A stretch of 64,000 nucleotides of DNA from an uncultured Phycisphaeraceae bacterium (GTDB lineage Bacteria; Planctomycetota; Phycisphaerae; Phycisphaerales; UBA1924). The translations under genes were made by a program, and so were the position numbers. The notes under the pieces were generated by a model. That model ran no database searches and had not been told where the DNA came from. It saw nothing but the letters and a program-made list of their open reading frames with translations. Location: positions 6,754 to 70,753 of the forward strand of contig CAZHFW010000007.1 of assembly GCA_964531675.1 (NCBI GenBank), in the 5' to 3' direction. How positions within the stretch are numbered: the first letter of the stretch is position 1; the number at the start of each line of letters is the position of its first letter. Below, in pieces: positions 17,870 to 27,017 of this stretch.

Positions 17870-19420
17870 TCAGCCTTGTCCGGGCTGGGCCTTGGCCTCC
17901 GCCTCGGGAGCAGCGTTGGCCTTGGACTCTGGCTTGGCGCTGGCCTTGGCCTGTGCGGGCTGGGTCTCCGGGTAGACCTCTTCCCAGCCTCCCCCCAGCG
18001 CCTTGTACAGGGCGATGAGGTTGGTGGTCTGGGTCGAACGGCTCTGGGCGAGCTGGTCTTCAAGGAGGTAGAGCTGACGCTGGGCGTCGATGACCGCGGA
18101 GAAGTCGGAGAGCCCCTTGCTGTAGAGCTCGTTGGCCAAGGAGACCGCGTCGCGCTCGGCGCGGACGGACTGGTCCAGATCGCTCGTGCGAGTCTGTTCG
18201 CGCTCGTAGGAGACCAGCGAGTTCTCGGTTTCCTCCAGCGCGCCCAGAACGGTCTGCTCGTAGCGGATCAGCGCCTGCTGCTCACGGGCGTTCTGAACTT
18301 CGATGTTCGACTGGATGCGTCCTCCCTGGAAGATGGGCCACTTGAAGCCCGGGACGAACGACCAGTAGCGGCTCGACGCGTCACCCCACGAGTTGAACTC
18401 GCCCGATTCCAGTCCGAGTGCTGCGGAGATGCTGAAGCGAGGGTACAGGTCCGCGGTCGCGACGCCGATGCGGGCGGTCGCGCCGGCCAGGTTGCGCTCG
18501 GCCTGGCGCACGTCGGGGCGACGGCGGAGCAGTTCCGACGGCAGACCAACGGGCAGCTCGGGCGGCAGCGGGGGGATGGGCTTGGAGTCGGTCAGCTCCT
18601 GCGTGAGGGTGCCGGGCTGTTGACCGAGCAGGACCGCGAGGCGGTTGGCGGTCTGGCGGATGTCCTGTTCGAACTTGGGAATCTGCGAGCGGATGGAGGC
18701 GAGCTGGGACTCGGCGCGGCGGGCGTCGAGCTCGCTCGAGAGCCCCGCCTTGGCGCGGGCGGTGGCCAGGTCGAGCGAGGCCTGCTGGATGTCCACGTTC
18801 TTCTGCGCGATCTCCAGACGGAGCTGGAGCGTGCGCAGGTCCACGTAGTTGCGCGCGACCTCGGCCAGGAGCGAGATCAGAACGTCCCGGCGTGCTTCGG
18901 CAGCAGCCGCGACGTCCGCATCGGCCGCCTCGATGTTCCGCCGGACGCGACCGAAGACGTCGATCTCCCAGGAGGCATCGAAGCCCGCGGAGTAGAGGTC
19001 GGACGAGCGGTCGAAGTCCGAGTCGTCGACCAGGCGGCCGTTGTTGGAGTTCTTGCTGGCGCGATCACGCCCCGCACGGCCGACAGCATCCACCTGCGGA
19101 TACTGATCGGCAGCAACGATCCCGCGCTGGGCGCGGGCCTCGCGGAGCCTGGCCTCGGCCTCGCGGAGGCTGAGATTGCCCGCGATCGCGCGCTCGACGA
19201 GGCTGTCGAGCATGGGATCGTTGAGCTTGCTCCACCACTTACTGAGGTCCGCTGGGCCGTTCTTGAGTCCGCCGGCGAGGGGTTCGCGGAAGGCGTCGGG
19301 CGCCTTGGAATCGGGCTTGGTGTAGTTGGGGCCAACAGTGCAGGCGGTCAACGACAGCGCGAGTCCGGCTGTTGCGGTAAGCCTGATGATCCCCTTGAGA
19401 GCGTCGGATGCGACCTTCAT
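17870..19420 (-). CDS. Efflux outer-membrane factor lipoprotein (NodT/OprM/TolC family)
   Basis: Lipobox LSLTAC followed by TVGPNYTKPD, the classic NodT N-terminus. Paired coiled-coil and beta-barrel repeats follow. The C-terminal tail is Ala/Lys/Pro-rich. Confidence 0.85.
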   Translation of the reverse strand: MKVASDALKGIIRLTATAGLALSLTACTVGPNYTKPDSKAPDAFREPLAGGLKNGPADLSKWWSKLNDPMLDSLVERAIAGNLSLREAEARLREARAQRGIVAADQYPQVDAVGRAGRDRASKNSNNGRLVDDSDFDRSSDLYSAGFDASWEIDVFGRVRRNIEAADADVAAAAEARRDVLISLLAEVARNYVDLRTLQLRLEIAQKNVDIQQASLDLATARAKAGLSSELDARRAESQLASIRSQIPKFEQDIRQTANRLAVLLGQQPGTLTQELTDSKPIPPLPPELPVGLPSELLRRRPDVRQAERNLAGATARIGVATADLYPRFSISAALGLESGEFNSWGDASSRYWSFVPGFKWPIFQGGRIQSNIEVQNAREQQALIRYEQTVLGALEETENSLVSYEREQTRTSDLDQSVRAERDAVSLANELYSKGLSDFSAVIDAQRQLYLLEDQLAQSRSTQTTNLIALYKALGGGWEEVYPETQPAQAKASAKPESKANAAPEAEAKAQPGQG

Positions 19421-19481
19421 GTCCTGGTCCTTGGAAAGGGGCTTGCGATCGGCGCGAGCCCCGGAATGAGCGGGAATCGGA

Positions 19482-20576
19482 TTACTTGGTGGGGGCAGGA
19501 GCCGGATTGGCGGGCTTGGCTTCCTCGCGGGGCGTGGCCTCGATGAACACGTCGACCTGCTGACCGACGTACGCGGAGAGTTGCGAGCGGTCGAAGGCGT
19601 AGAGCACCTGCAGCACGCGGGTATCGACGCGCTCGGCGCTGTCTCCCGTGAGCGACTTCTTGGGAACGACGTAGGGCTCGACGCGCACGAAGCGGATGTC
19701 GGTGCGCAGGGCTGCGTTCCCGCGGAGCGAGCAGTGCGCCTTGGCGCCGGGCTTGAAGCGCCACGCGTCGTTCTCGTCGATGTCGACGCGGACGTGCATG
19801 ACGTCGGTGTTGCCCATGAGCATCAACGGGGTCGTGAGGGCGCCCGCCTGGGCAAACTCGCCCTGGCGGATGTTCACCTGCAGGATCTCGCCATCGACCT
19901 GGGCCCGGACCGTGAGACGTTCCAGGTCGGTCTCCGCAGCCTGCACCTGAGCGCGGGCCGAATCCACCGCGGCCTTGGCGATCTCGATGTCGGGCTTCCA
20001 GGCGCCGGCCTTGAGCAAGGCAAGGTCCGTCTTGGCGCGCTCGAGCCTGGCCTCGGCGGAGGTCACCGCGAAGCGGCGGCGGTTGAGCTCATCCTGGCTC
20101 ACCGCACGCTTGTCGGTCACCGAGTCCATGAGGTTCCACTGTGCCTTGGCGTCTTCGAGCTGGGCCGTTGCCTCGCGCGCCAGGGCCTCGTACGGCGGAA
20201 TCTCTTCGATGCGGGGCTGGGCTTGCAGCTTGGCCAGGGTCTGCTCGGCGGACGACAGGGCGGCCTTGCGGATGACCAGCTCGGCCTTCACCTGGCGATC
20301 GTCGATCGTGAAGAGCGGATCTCCCGCCTTCACGTGATCCCCGACCTTGACGTGCACCTTGGTCGCGATGCCCGGCACGTGGGTGCCGACCGCGATGTTC
20401 TGGGTGCTGGCTTCGATGATTCCCGCGCCGGCGATGAAGGCGCCGAAGTCGGCCTTGGCGGGCTCGGCGACGGGCTTGGCCGGGATGATCGGCTTGTTCT
20501 CGGTGCGGACGGTGTACACCGCGAAGGCAAAGCCCGCGGCGGCCAGGAGCGGAATCGCGTACTTGCGGACGATCAT
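19482..20576 (-). CDS. HlyD/MacA/DevB-type periplasmic adaptor (membrane fusion protein)
   Basis: The ATG at 20576 gives MIVRKYAIPLLAAAGFAFAV (a TM anchor). This is followed by a biotinyl/lipoyl-like motif (VHVKVGDHVKAGDPLFTIDD), a coiled-coil hairpin and a beta-barrel. The longer tracked ORF runs through the ABC gene in another frame. Confidence 0.85.
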   Translation of the reverse strand: MIVRKYAIPLLAAAGFAFAVYTVRTENKPIIPAKPVAEPAKADFGAFIAGAGIIEASTQNIAVGTHVPGIATKVHVKVGDHVKAGDPLFTIDDRQVKAELVIRKAALSSAEQTLAKLQAQPRIEEIPPYEALAREATAQLEDAKAQWNLMDSVTDKRAVSQDELNRRRFAVTSAEARLERAKTDLALLKAGAWKPDIEIAKAAVDSARAQVQAAETDLERLTVRAQVDGEILQVNIRQGEFAQAGALTTPLMLMGNTDVMHVRVDIDENDAWRFKPGAKAHCSLRGNAALRTDIRFVRVEPYVVPKKSLTGDSAERVDTRVLQVLYAFDRSQLSAYVGQQVDVFIEATPREEAKPANPAPAPTK

Positions 20577-20620
20577 GACATTCTCCCAGGGCCAAGGGCC
20601 CGGTGGTGGGTGACGTGTGT

Positions 20621-21388
20621 TCAGTGGCCGTTGGTGGTTCCGAAGATGTCCGAGGCGCGGGTCGAGACCTTTTCGATGTGCCCGTCGTCCATCCTCGCGA
20701 TGCGGTCGGCGAAGGAGAAAATGCGGTTGTCGTGGGTCACGATGACGAGGGTGCGTCCCTCGGCCAGCGCGACCTTTTTGAGCAGTTCCATGACCTTGCC
20801 GCCGGTCTCGTGGTCGAGCGCGGAGGTCGGTTCGTCGCAGACGATGAGCTTGGGCTCGTGGACCAGCGCGCGGGCGATGGCGACGCGCTGCTGCTGGCCG
20901 CCCGAAAGCTGAGAGGGAAGCGAGCGTCCACGCTCGCCGAGCCCGACCAGCGCGAGCATGTCGGTCGCCTTGCGGATCGCCTTGGAGCGGGCCTCTCCCA
21001 GGATCATGAGCGGGACCGCGACGTTCTCGGCTGCGGTGAGCGTGGGCAGCAGGTTGAACTGCTGGAACACGAAACCGATGTTCTGTCCGCGGAGTCTGGT
21101 CTTCTCGCTGGCGCGGAGGCTGGAGAAGTCGATCCCGAAGACCGAGCACTCGCCCTCGTCGCGGTCGAGGATGCCCGCGATCACGCTGATGAGCGTGGTC
21201 TTGCCGCAGCCCGAGGGGCCGACGAGCATGAAGAGCTCGCCGGCGCGGATGTCCATGTCCACGCCGCGGAGGGCGGTGACCTTGGTGGCGCCGGTCCCGT
21301 AAGACTTGGTGACGCCCTTGCAATGCACCGCGACCGTGCCGTTGCGGGCGGCTCCGGGCGAGGGCGGGGTTGAGATGGCGGTCGTCAT
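20621..21388 (-). CDS. ABC transporter ATP-binding subunit (MacB/LolD/DevA type)
   Basis: Walker A GPSGCGKTT, Q-loop, signature LSGGQQQRVAIARAL, Walker B LIVCDEPTSALD and H-loop VIVTHD. Confidence 0.9.
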   Translation of the reverse strand: MTTAISTPPSPGAARNGTVAVHCKGVTKSYGTGATKVTALRGVDMDIRAGELFMLVGPSGCGKTTLISVIAGILDRDEGECSVFGIDFSSLRASEKTRLRGQNIGFVFQQFNLLPTLTAAENVAVPLMILGEARSKAIRKATDMLALVGLGERGRSLPSQLSGGQQQRVAIARALVHEPKLIVCDEPTSALDHETGGKVMELLKKVALAEGRTLVIVTHDNRIFSFADRIARMDDGHIEKVSTRASDIFGTTNGH

Positions 21389-21422
21389 GACGGTCCTTTG
21401 TGAGCCGGGAAAGTCCCGGCGG

Positions 21423-22586
21423 TCAGTTCTTGAAGACGATGGCGGGTTCGAGCCTCATGACCCTGGCGATGCTGAGCAGGGCGGAGATGACGCAGATGAC
21501 CAGAAGCGCCCCCGCGCCGATCGCGGGGATCTGCCAGGGCATCTTGAACGCAAGATCGGTGGACTTGAGCGCGTGGCCCATGAGCGAGGTGATGCCCACA
21601 CCGATCCCGTATCCCACGCCTCCGACCGTGAGCGTCTGGAGGATGACCATGCGGATCAGCGTGAGGTTCGAGGTGCCCATGGCCTTGAGGGCGCCGAAGA
21701 ACTTGAGGTTGTCGAGCGTGAAGTTGTAGAGCGTCTGGGCGGAGATGAGCACGCCCACCACGAATCCCAGCCCCACCGCGATCCCGAAGTTGATGAGGAT
21801 CCCGGTCTTGTCCATGATGTAACCCGCGGTGACGCGCTGGAACTCGGCGTTGGTGCGGGCGACATATCCCGTCGCGTCGGTGATCCGGGCCGCGACTTCC
21901 GCGACGTCGATGCCGGGCTTGCACTTGACCATCACGAAGTTCATGAGCTTGCGCTCGCGCGGCGCGAACTTCAGCGCCCTGGAGTAAGTGGTGTAGAAGA
22001 GCGGATCCCAGAAGAAGCTCGGAGAGGCCTTGGCGCTGCCCACGACGATGGCGTCCTGATCGTTGATCGCGATGCGATCGCCGATCTGGATCTCGCGGGG
22101 CGCCTCGCCCGGCTTGAGATCGCGCTTCATGACGAGCTTGGTCTTGCGGTCGTGCTCATTGACGATCACTGCTGCGTCGCGACGGAGGTCTTCCAGGGTG
22201 CCGTGGACCATCTCGGGCGGTCCCCCGATGAGGGTCGCGTCGTCGATGCCGATGAGGATCGCGGTGGTGCGCGTCCCATCGGGGAGGCGGCACTTGAGCC
22301 AGCCCTTGTAGAGGGGGACCGCCCATTCCACGCCTTCGACGCCGCGGACGCGCGCCAGAGCGGTGTCGGGCAGGGGCTTCTGGTCCTCGCTGAACTCCAT
22401 CTGGGGGTCCATGACCCACAGATCGCCCGAGCCTGTGTCGCGGATGAACGCGCCGGTCTGGTGGATCATGCCCGCGAAGATCGAGGCCTGCTGGGTGATG
22501 AGCAGCGCCGCGAATGACAAGCCCGCCACCAGCCCAAGGTACTTGAGCTTGTCGCCGAGGAGCATTTTGAGCGCGACGAAGTTCAT
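21423..22586 (-). CDS. DevC/FtsX-like ABC exporter permease, paralogue 1
   Basis: [20 protein letters not shown]..., a large periplasmic loop, and the C-terminal FtsX 3-TM bundle (FGALKAMGTSN...ARVMRLEPAIVFKN). Confidence 0.85.
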   Translation of the reverse strand: MNFVALKMLLGDKLKYLGLVAGLSFAALLITQQASIFAGMIHQTGAFIRDTGSGDLWVMDPQMEFSEDQKPLPDTALARVRGVEGVEWAVPLYKGWLKCRLPDGTRTTAILIGIDDATLIGGPPEMVHGTLEDLRRDAAVIVNEHDRKTKLVMKRDLKPGEAPREIQIGDRIAINDQDAIVVGSAKASPSFFWDPLFYTTYSRALKFAPRERKLMNFVMVKCKPGIDVAEVAARITDATGYVARTNAEFQRVTAGYIMDKTGILINFGIAVGLGFVVGVLISAQTLYNFTLDNLKFFGALKAMGTSNLTLIRMVILQTLTVGGVGYGIGVGITSLMGHALKSTDLAFKMPWQIPAIGAGALLVICVISALLSIARVMRLEPAIVFKN

Positions 22587-22593
22587 CGTGTGA

Positions 22594-23745
22594 TCAACCC
22601 TTGAACACCACCGCGGGCTCGATGCGGAGCACGCGCGCCAGGCTGAGCAGGCCCGCGCCGAGGCAGCAGATCAGGATCGCAATCCCTCCCAGAATCGGGA
22701 TCTGCCAGACCATGCGGAAGGCCAGGTCGCCTCCCGCCAGAACCTTCCCGCTGATCGAGGCGGCGCCCAGCCCGAGCCCGAGGCCGAGCACGCCGACGGT
22801 GCCGACCTGGAGCCCGACCATGCGCACGATGCGCCAGTTGCTGGCGCCCATCGCCTTCAGGGCTGCAAAGTGGCGGGCGTGCTCGAGCATGAACGTGTAG
22901 AGGAGCAGCGCCGAGACCAGGACGCCGATGACGAAGCCCAGCGCGATGGTGATCCCGAAGTTCACCAGGATGCCCGTCTGGATCATGATGTACCACATCG
23001 TGACCTTGGCGAACTGGTCGCTCGTGTAGGCTGCCAGACCCGTGTCCTTGCGGATCTGCTCGGCGACCTTGTGCACGTCGGCGCCCGGCGCGAGCTTGGT
23101 GAGGACGAACTGAAGCTGCTTGCGTTGCGGCGGCGCGATGCGGAGCGCCCGCGTGTACGTCGTGTAGATCACGGGCTCCCAGAAGAACTCCGGGGACTTG
23201 CTGTAGACGCCCGCGACGACCATGTCGTGGTCATTGACGTCGATGCGGTCGCCCGCACGCAGGTCGCGGGTCTGTCCATCGATGGTGATCTGGAACTTCT
23301 TGCCGACGTCGGCCTGGTTGACCAGGATCGCGCGGTCGCGGCGGAGGTCCGCGAGCTGGCCTTCCTTCATCTCAGGGGGGCCGCCGACCAGGCTCGCGTC
23401 GTCGATTCCCACCACGCGGATCTGCTGGACCCGACCATCGGGCAAGCGCGCCGGCATGTAGCCCTTGAACATGGGCACCGCCCAGGCGACGCCTTCGATG
23501 GAGCGAACGCGCTGCAGCGCGGTGTCGACGATCTTCTTGGCGTCGTCGGTGTGATCGCTCTGGGGGTCCATGACCCACAGGTCGGCGCTGCCGGTGTCGC
23601 GGATCCACGCCGACATGCGCAGGACGTATCCGGTGAAGATCGAGGCCTGCTGGGTGACCAAGAGCGCGGCGAAGGCGAGCCCGGTCACCAGACCCAGGTA
23701 CTTCAGGCGATCACCGACGAGCATCTTGAGGGCGACGAAGTTCAT
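22594..23745 (-). CDS. DevC/FtsX-like ABC exporter permease, paralogue 2
   Basis: The ATG at 23745 gives [20 protein letters not shown]..., colinear with paralogue 1 and ending ...[13 protein letters not shown]. The start overlaps the upstream TetR stop (ATGA). Confidence 0.85.
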   Translation of the reverse strand: MNFVALKMLVGDRLKYLGLVTGLAFAALLVTQQASIFTGYVLRMSAWIRDTGSADLWVMDPQSDHTDDAKKIVDTALQRVRSIEGVAWAVPMFKGYMPARLPDGRVQQIRVVGIDDASLVGGPPEMKEGQLADLRRDRAILVNQADVGKKFQITIDGQTRDLRAGDRIDVNDHDMVVAGVYSKSPEFFWEPVIYTTYTRALRIAPPQRKQLQFVLTKLAPGADVHKVAEQIRKDTGLAAYTSDQFAKVTMWYIMIQTGILVNFGITIALGFVIGVLVSALLLYTFMLEHARHFAALKAMGASNWRIVRMVGLQVGTVGVLGLGLGLGAASISGKVLAGGDLAFRMVWQIPILGGIAILICCLGAGLLSLARVLRIEPAVVFKG

Positions 23746-24398
23746 GGGTTGAACTCCTTGGACGCAGCGGTCGTGAGCATGCCGCGGAGCAGGGCCTCGC
23801 AGATCGTGCGGGCGCGGCGTTCCAGGGAGCGCCAGGTGATCCAGGGGTCGTTGCCGTGGGTGATCTGGAGCGACGCGACGCCGTGCACGCCGGCCCAGAG
23901 GATCTGGGTGATCAGTTCCGCGTCGCGATACTCGGGCCTGAAGGCGCCGGAGGCGATGGCCTCCTTCACCGCGTGCTGGAGGAAGGCGTAGGCGTCCTGG
24001 CTCGGGTCGCCCATCTTGGCCAGGTCCTCGGGCGCGGGCTCGATCTCTTCGGGGTGCGGCGTGAGGAACATCAGGCGGTAGTGGTTGGGGTAGTCCACCG
24101 CGAAGCGGATGTACTGCATCCCGACGCGATAGATCCGCTGCACCGGATCGGAGACCTTGGCCAAGCGGTTGAAGTGCTCGGCCAGCGCCGAGAAGTCCCG
24201 GCTGCACAGCTCGTGCATCAGGTCGGCCTTGTCCTTGAAGTGGGTGTAGAGGGCCGCGGGGGTGTACTCGACCGCCTCGGCGATCTTGCGCATCGAGACC
24301 GCCTCGTACCCTTCGCGCACGAACAGGTCACGGGCCGCCGCGAGGATCTTCTCGCGGACCGCCTGCTGCTCGCGTGCTCGTCTGTCGCCTGAGGTCAT
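23742..24398 (-). CDS. TetR/AcrR-family transcriptional repressor (first gene of the main efflux operon)
   Basis: N-terminal HTH: [43 protein letters not shown]. Confidence 0.85.
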   Translation of the reverse strand: MTSGDRRAREQQAVREKILAAARDLFVREGYEAVSMRKIAEAVEYTPAALYTHFKDKADLMHELCSRDFSALAEHFNRLAKVSDPVQRIYRVGMQYIRFAVDYPNHYRLMFLTPHPEEIEPAPEDLAKMGDPSQDAYAFLQHAVKEAIASGAFRPEYRDAELITQILWAGVHGVASLQITHGNDPWITWRSLERRARTICEALLRGMLTTAASKEFNP

Positions 24399-24439
24399 AA
24401 CGGTGTTCCGGGAGTAAACGGTGTTCAGTGAACACTGTT
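24399..24439 (-). promoter_or_regulatory. Putative TetR operator immediately upstream of the TetR start
   Basis: The half-site AACGGTGTTC occurs as a direct repeat (24399-24408 and 24418-24427). The second copy forms a perfect 15-bp palindrome, GTGTTCAGTGAACAC (24421-24435), with the inverted half GAACACTGTT. Confidence 0.5.
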
Positions 24440-24533
24440 CGCTGAGTTTTCGCCGTTCGCCACTCCGGGGATGCGTCTTTCTGCCGATCTTCTTGTTTGG
24501 TTTGGATTTCGTTGTGGGTGTGTCTGCCGGTCG

Positions 24534-25715
24534 TCAGCCCTTGAAGACGATCGCGGGCTCGAGCCTCATGACCTTGATGATGCTCAGGCAGGCCGACAGG
24601 AGGCAGATCACCGTGACCGCGGTGCCGGTGACCGCGAGGGTCTGCCAGAGGAGCCTGAAGGCCAGTTCGGAGCGTCCGGAGAGCTGGCCGAAGAGGGAGG
24701 CCAGGCCGACGCCCAGGCCGTAGCCGATCAGGCCGACCATGACGGACTGGAGCAGGATCATGCGGAGCAGGCGCCAGTTGCTGGCGCCCATCGCCTTGAG
24801 GGCGCCGAACTGCTTGATGTTGTCGTGGGTGAAGTTGTAGAAGGTCTGGCCCGCGATCGCGGTGCCCACCAGGAATCCGAGCACGACCGCGATCCCGAAG
24901 TTGATGGGGATGCCGGTGTACTTCATGAAGTACGTGACGGTCTTCCAGGAGAACTCCGAGTTGGTGAACGCCGCCAGGCCCGTCTCACGCTTGATGCGGG
25001 CCGCCAGCTCCTTGGGGTCCACACCCGGCGCAGCCTTGGCCACGATGAAGGAGAGCAGCTTGCGTTCGCGGGGGGCGAACTGCACCGCGCGGGAATAGGT
25101 CGTGTAGATCACGGGCTGGGACTGGAACGTGCGCGACACCCGGCAGATGCCCACGACCACCGCACGCTTGTCGTTGAGCTCCAGGGTTTCGCCGACTTTC
25201 AGCGGGATGGGCTTGGCCTTGGGATCGATCTTGCCGTCGGGCCCGGGCAGCGGCGGGCGGGCGAGCTTGCCGGTCGCGCCCGCTTCATCGACGATCACGC
25301 TCTCGGCGCGGCGCAGATCGGAGAGTTTTCCCTCCACCATGTAGGGCGGTCCGCCCACGAGCGTGGCGTCGTCCAGGCCGATCACGTTGCAGTTCTGGAA
25401 CAGGCCGTTGGGAAGGCGGGCCCTGAGGATGCCCTTGTAGAGGGGCACCGCCCATTGCACGCCTTCCACGCCGCGGGCCCGCAGGAGCATGGTGTCCTGC
25501 ATGGGCTTGATGTCGTCGATGAACTGCACCTTCTCGTCCATGATCCAGACGTCAGGCAGTCCGGTGTCGGAGACGAAGCCGAAGGTGCGGGTCATCAGGC
25601 CGACGAAGATCGAGGCCTGCTGGGTGATCAGGAGCGACGCGAACGTCAGGCCCATGATGATGCCAAGGTACTTGGCCCGGTCGCCCATGAGCATCTTGAG
25701 TGCGACGAAGTTCAA
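24534..25715 (-). CDS. DevC/FtsX-like ABC exporter permease, paralogue 3 (probable TTG start)
   Basis: The translation from the TTG at 25715 reads (M)[19 protein letters not shown]..., colinear with paralogues 1 and 2. The TTG overlaps the upstream TetR stop (TTGA), mirroring the ATGA junction at 23742-23745. Confidence 0.8.
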   Translation of the reverse strand: MNFVALKMLMGDRAKYLGIIMGLTFASLLITQQASIFVGLMTRTFGFVSDTGLPDVWIMDEKVQFIDDIKPMQDTMLLRARGVEGVQWAVPLYKGILRARLPNGLFQNCNVIGLDDATLVGGPPYMVEGKLSDLRRAESVIVDEAGATGKLARPPLPGPDGKIDPKAKPIPLKVGETLELNDKRAVVVGICRVSRTFQSQPVIYTTYSRAVQFAPRERKLLSFIVAKAAPGVDPKELAARIKRETGLAAFTNSEFSWKTVTYFMKYTGIPINFGIAVVLGFLVGTAIAGQTFYNFTHDNIKQFGALKAMGASNWRLLRMILLQSVMVGLIGYGLGVGLASLFGQLSGRSELAFRLLWQTLAVTGTAVTVICLLSACLSIIKVMRLEPAIVFKG

Positions 25716-26434
25716 GCTTCGGTCCTTTCGGCTTGGGAACGCAGGGAGGCGATCCCCCCCAGCGAGAACCGGGTGATGTGATTCGCCAGCGCGTCGATGT
25801 CCGATGCCCCGAATCCCTGTTCGGGGATGATGTGACTGGCCGCCGCCCGGCAGTGCTTGTAGAACACGCACTGGCCGAGCACCGAACTGGCGCTCATGCG
25901 CACGCGCTCGTCGGTGGCCGCCGGTCCGAGCAGCTCGCGAATCACCTGCGAGAGCGCGTGGTACACCGGCCTGAAGAAGGTCTGGCAGATCATCTCGAGC
26001 GAGGGCGTGGGGTCGACCATCTCACGCATGACGAGTCGGGAGTGCCACGCGGGGACTTTGTCGTCCAGCATGCGGGCCAGATGGCCTCGGATGAACTGGC
26101 CGAGGCGCTCCTCGGGGGGCAGGGACGTGTCCCGCAGGCGGGCGGGGGCCGATGCCTGGCTTTCCAGCGCGATGCCCGCGGCATAGGTCATGACCTCGCG
26201 ATAGAGCCCCTCTTTGTCGCGGAAGTGGTAGTTGATCGCCGCGATGTTCGCCCCGGCCTTGGCACAGATCTCCCGGACCGTGGCGGCCCGGAAGCCTTGC
26301 TCGGCGAAGACCTGACCGGCCGCTTCCAGCACCCGCTGGCGGGTGTCCGCGGCGGGCTCCGTGCTGCCGAACTGTGCTGCGCCCGTCTCGGTCACGCCAA
26401 AGGCTCCCAACGCCCGGACAAGCCCGGGTGTCAA
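25712..26434 (-). CDS. TetR/AcrR-family transcriptional regulator (second copy)
   Basis: HTH: RQRVLEAAGQVFAEQGFRAATVREICAKAGANIAAINYHFRDKEGLY. The tracked start at 26434 is a TTG. An in-frame GTG a few codons downstream is an alternative, so the 5' end is uncertain. Confidence 0.8.
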   Translation of the reverse strand: MTPGLVRALGAFGVTETGAAQFGSTEPAADTRQRVLEAAGQVFAEQGFRAATVREICAKAGANIAAINYHFRDKEGLYREVMTYAAGIALESQASAPARLRDTSLPPEERLGQFIRGHLARMLDDKVPAWHSRLVMREMVDPTPSLEMICQTFFRPVYHALSQVIRELLGPAATDERVRMSASSVLGQCVFYKHCRAAASHIIPEQGFGASDIDALANHITRFSLGGIASLRSQAERTEA

Positions 26435-26764
26435 TCAACAGTATCAAACACACGTTTGAAGTCAAGGCTTCGGCATCCGACCGAGGGTCTGAAACGCCAT
26501 AGGTGTCTATTGGAAAAGCAGTTAGGCGATCGTACGCCGCGCGAAAGGACCAGAGAGAGCTGGGAGTGCGGGCGACAGCCTCAAACGGGTGGGGGCTCGT
26601 CGCGATCGGGCGCGGGGCTCGGGCTATCGGGCCCGGATGGGCGTGAAGTCATTCCGCCTGTGACGGCTCTTCCGATCAGGGCCGACCGGTCCGGCGCGGT
26701 TCTCCACTTATCGAACGGCGACGACGTGACGCGCCCGGCGCGAGCGCCGATCCACTCCTCACGG

Positions 26765-27013
26765 ATGCTCGCTGAAGACCTCCATCACCCCACCGCCTCG
26801 ACCGAGCACTGGCTCGTGGACGCCCGCGGGCGTCTTCTGGTCGCGGGTGCTGCGGAGAAGCTTGATGAGTCTTCGCTCGCCCACGGGCGCACGCACGTCG
26901 AGCTGGGCTACGGCTACATCGAGCACGCGCCCATGACGCCCGACGCGCTGGACCGCGTCCTCAACGCGCTCGACGCGCGTTATCCGAACCTTCGCTGGTT
27001 CATGGACCGCTGA
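26765..27013 (+). CDS. Small hypothetical protein (82 aa)
   Basis: ATG at 26765. The frame is GC3-rich with a balanced amino-acid composition (MLAEDLHHPTASTEHWLVDARGRLLV...). I recognise no family. Confidence 0.35.
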   Translation: MLAEDLHHPTASTEHWLVDARGRLLVAGAAEKLDESSLAHGRTHVELGYGYIEHAPMTPDALDRVLNALDARYPNLRWFMDR

Positions 27014-27017
27014 AGCT

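Noticed and set aside
24534-25715. DevC paralogue 3 as a pseudogene, because it has no ATG at the conserved N-terminus.
   Set aside because: A TTG occupies exactly the position of the paralogues' Met and overlaps the upstream stop (TTGA), mirroring the ATGA junction of the sister cassette. The frame is intact to a conserved C-terminus.
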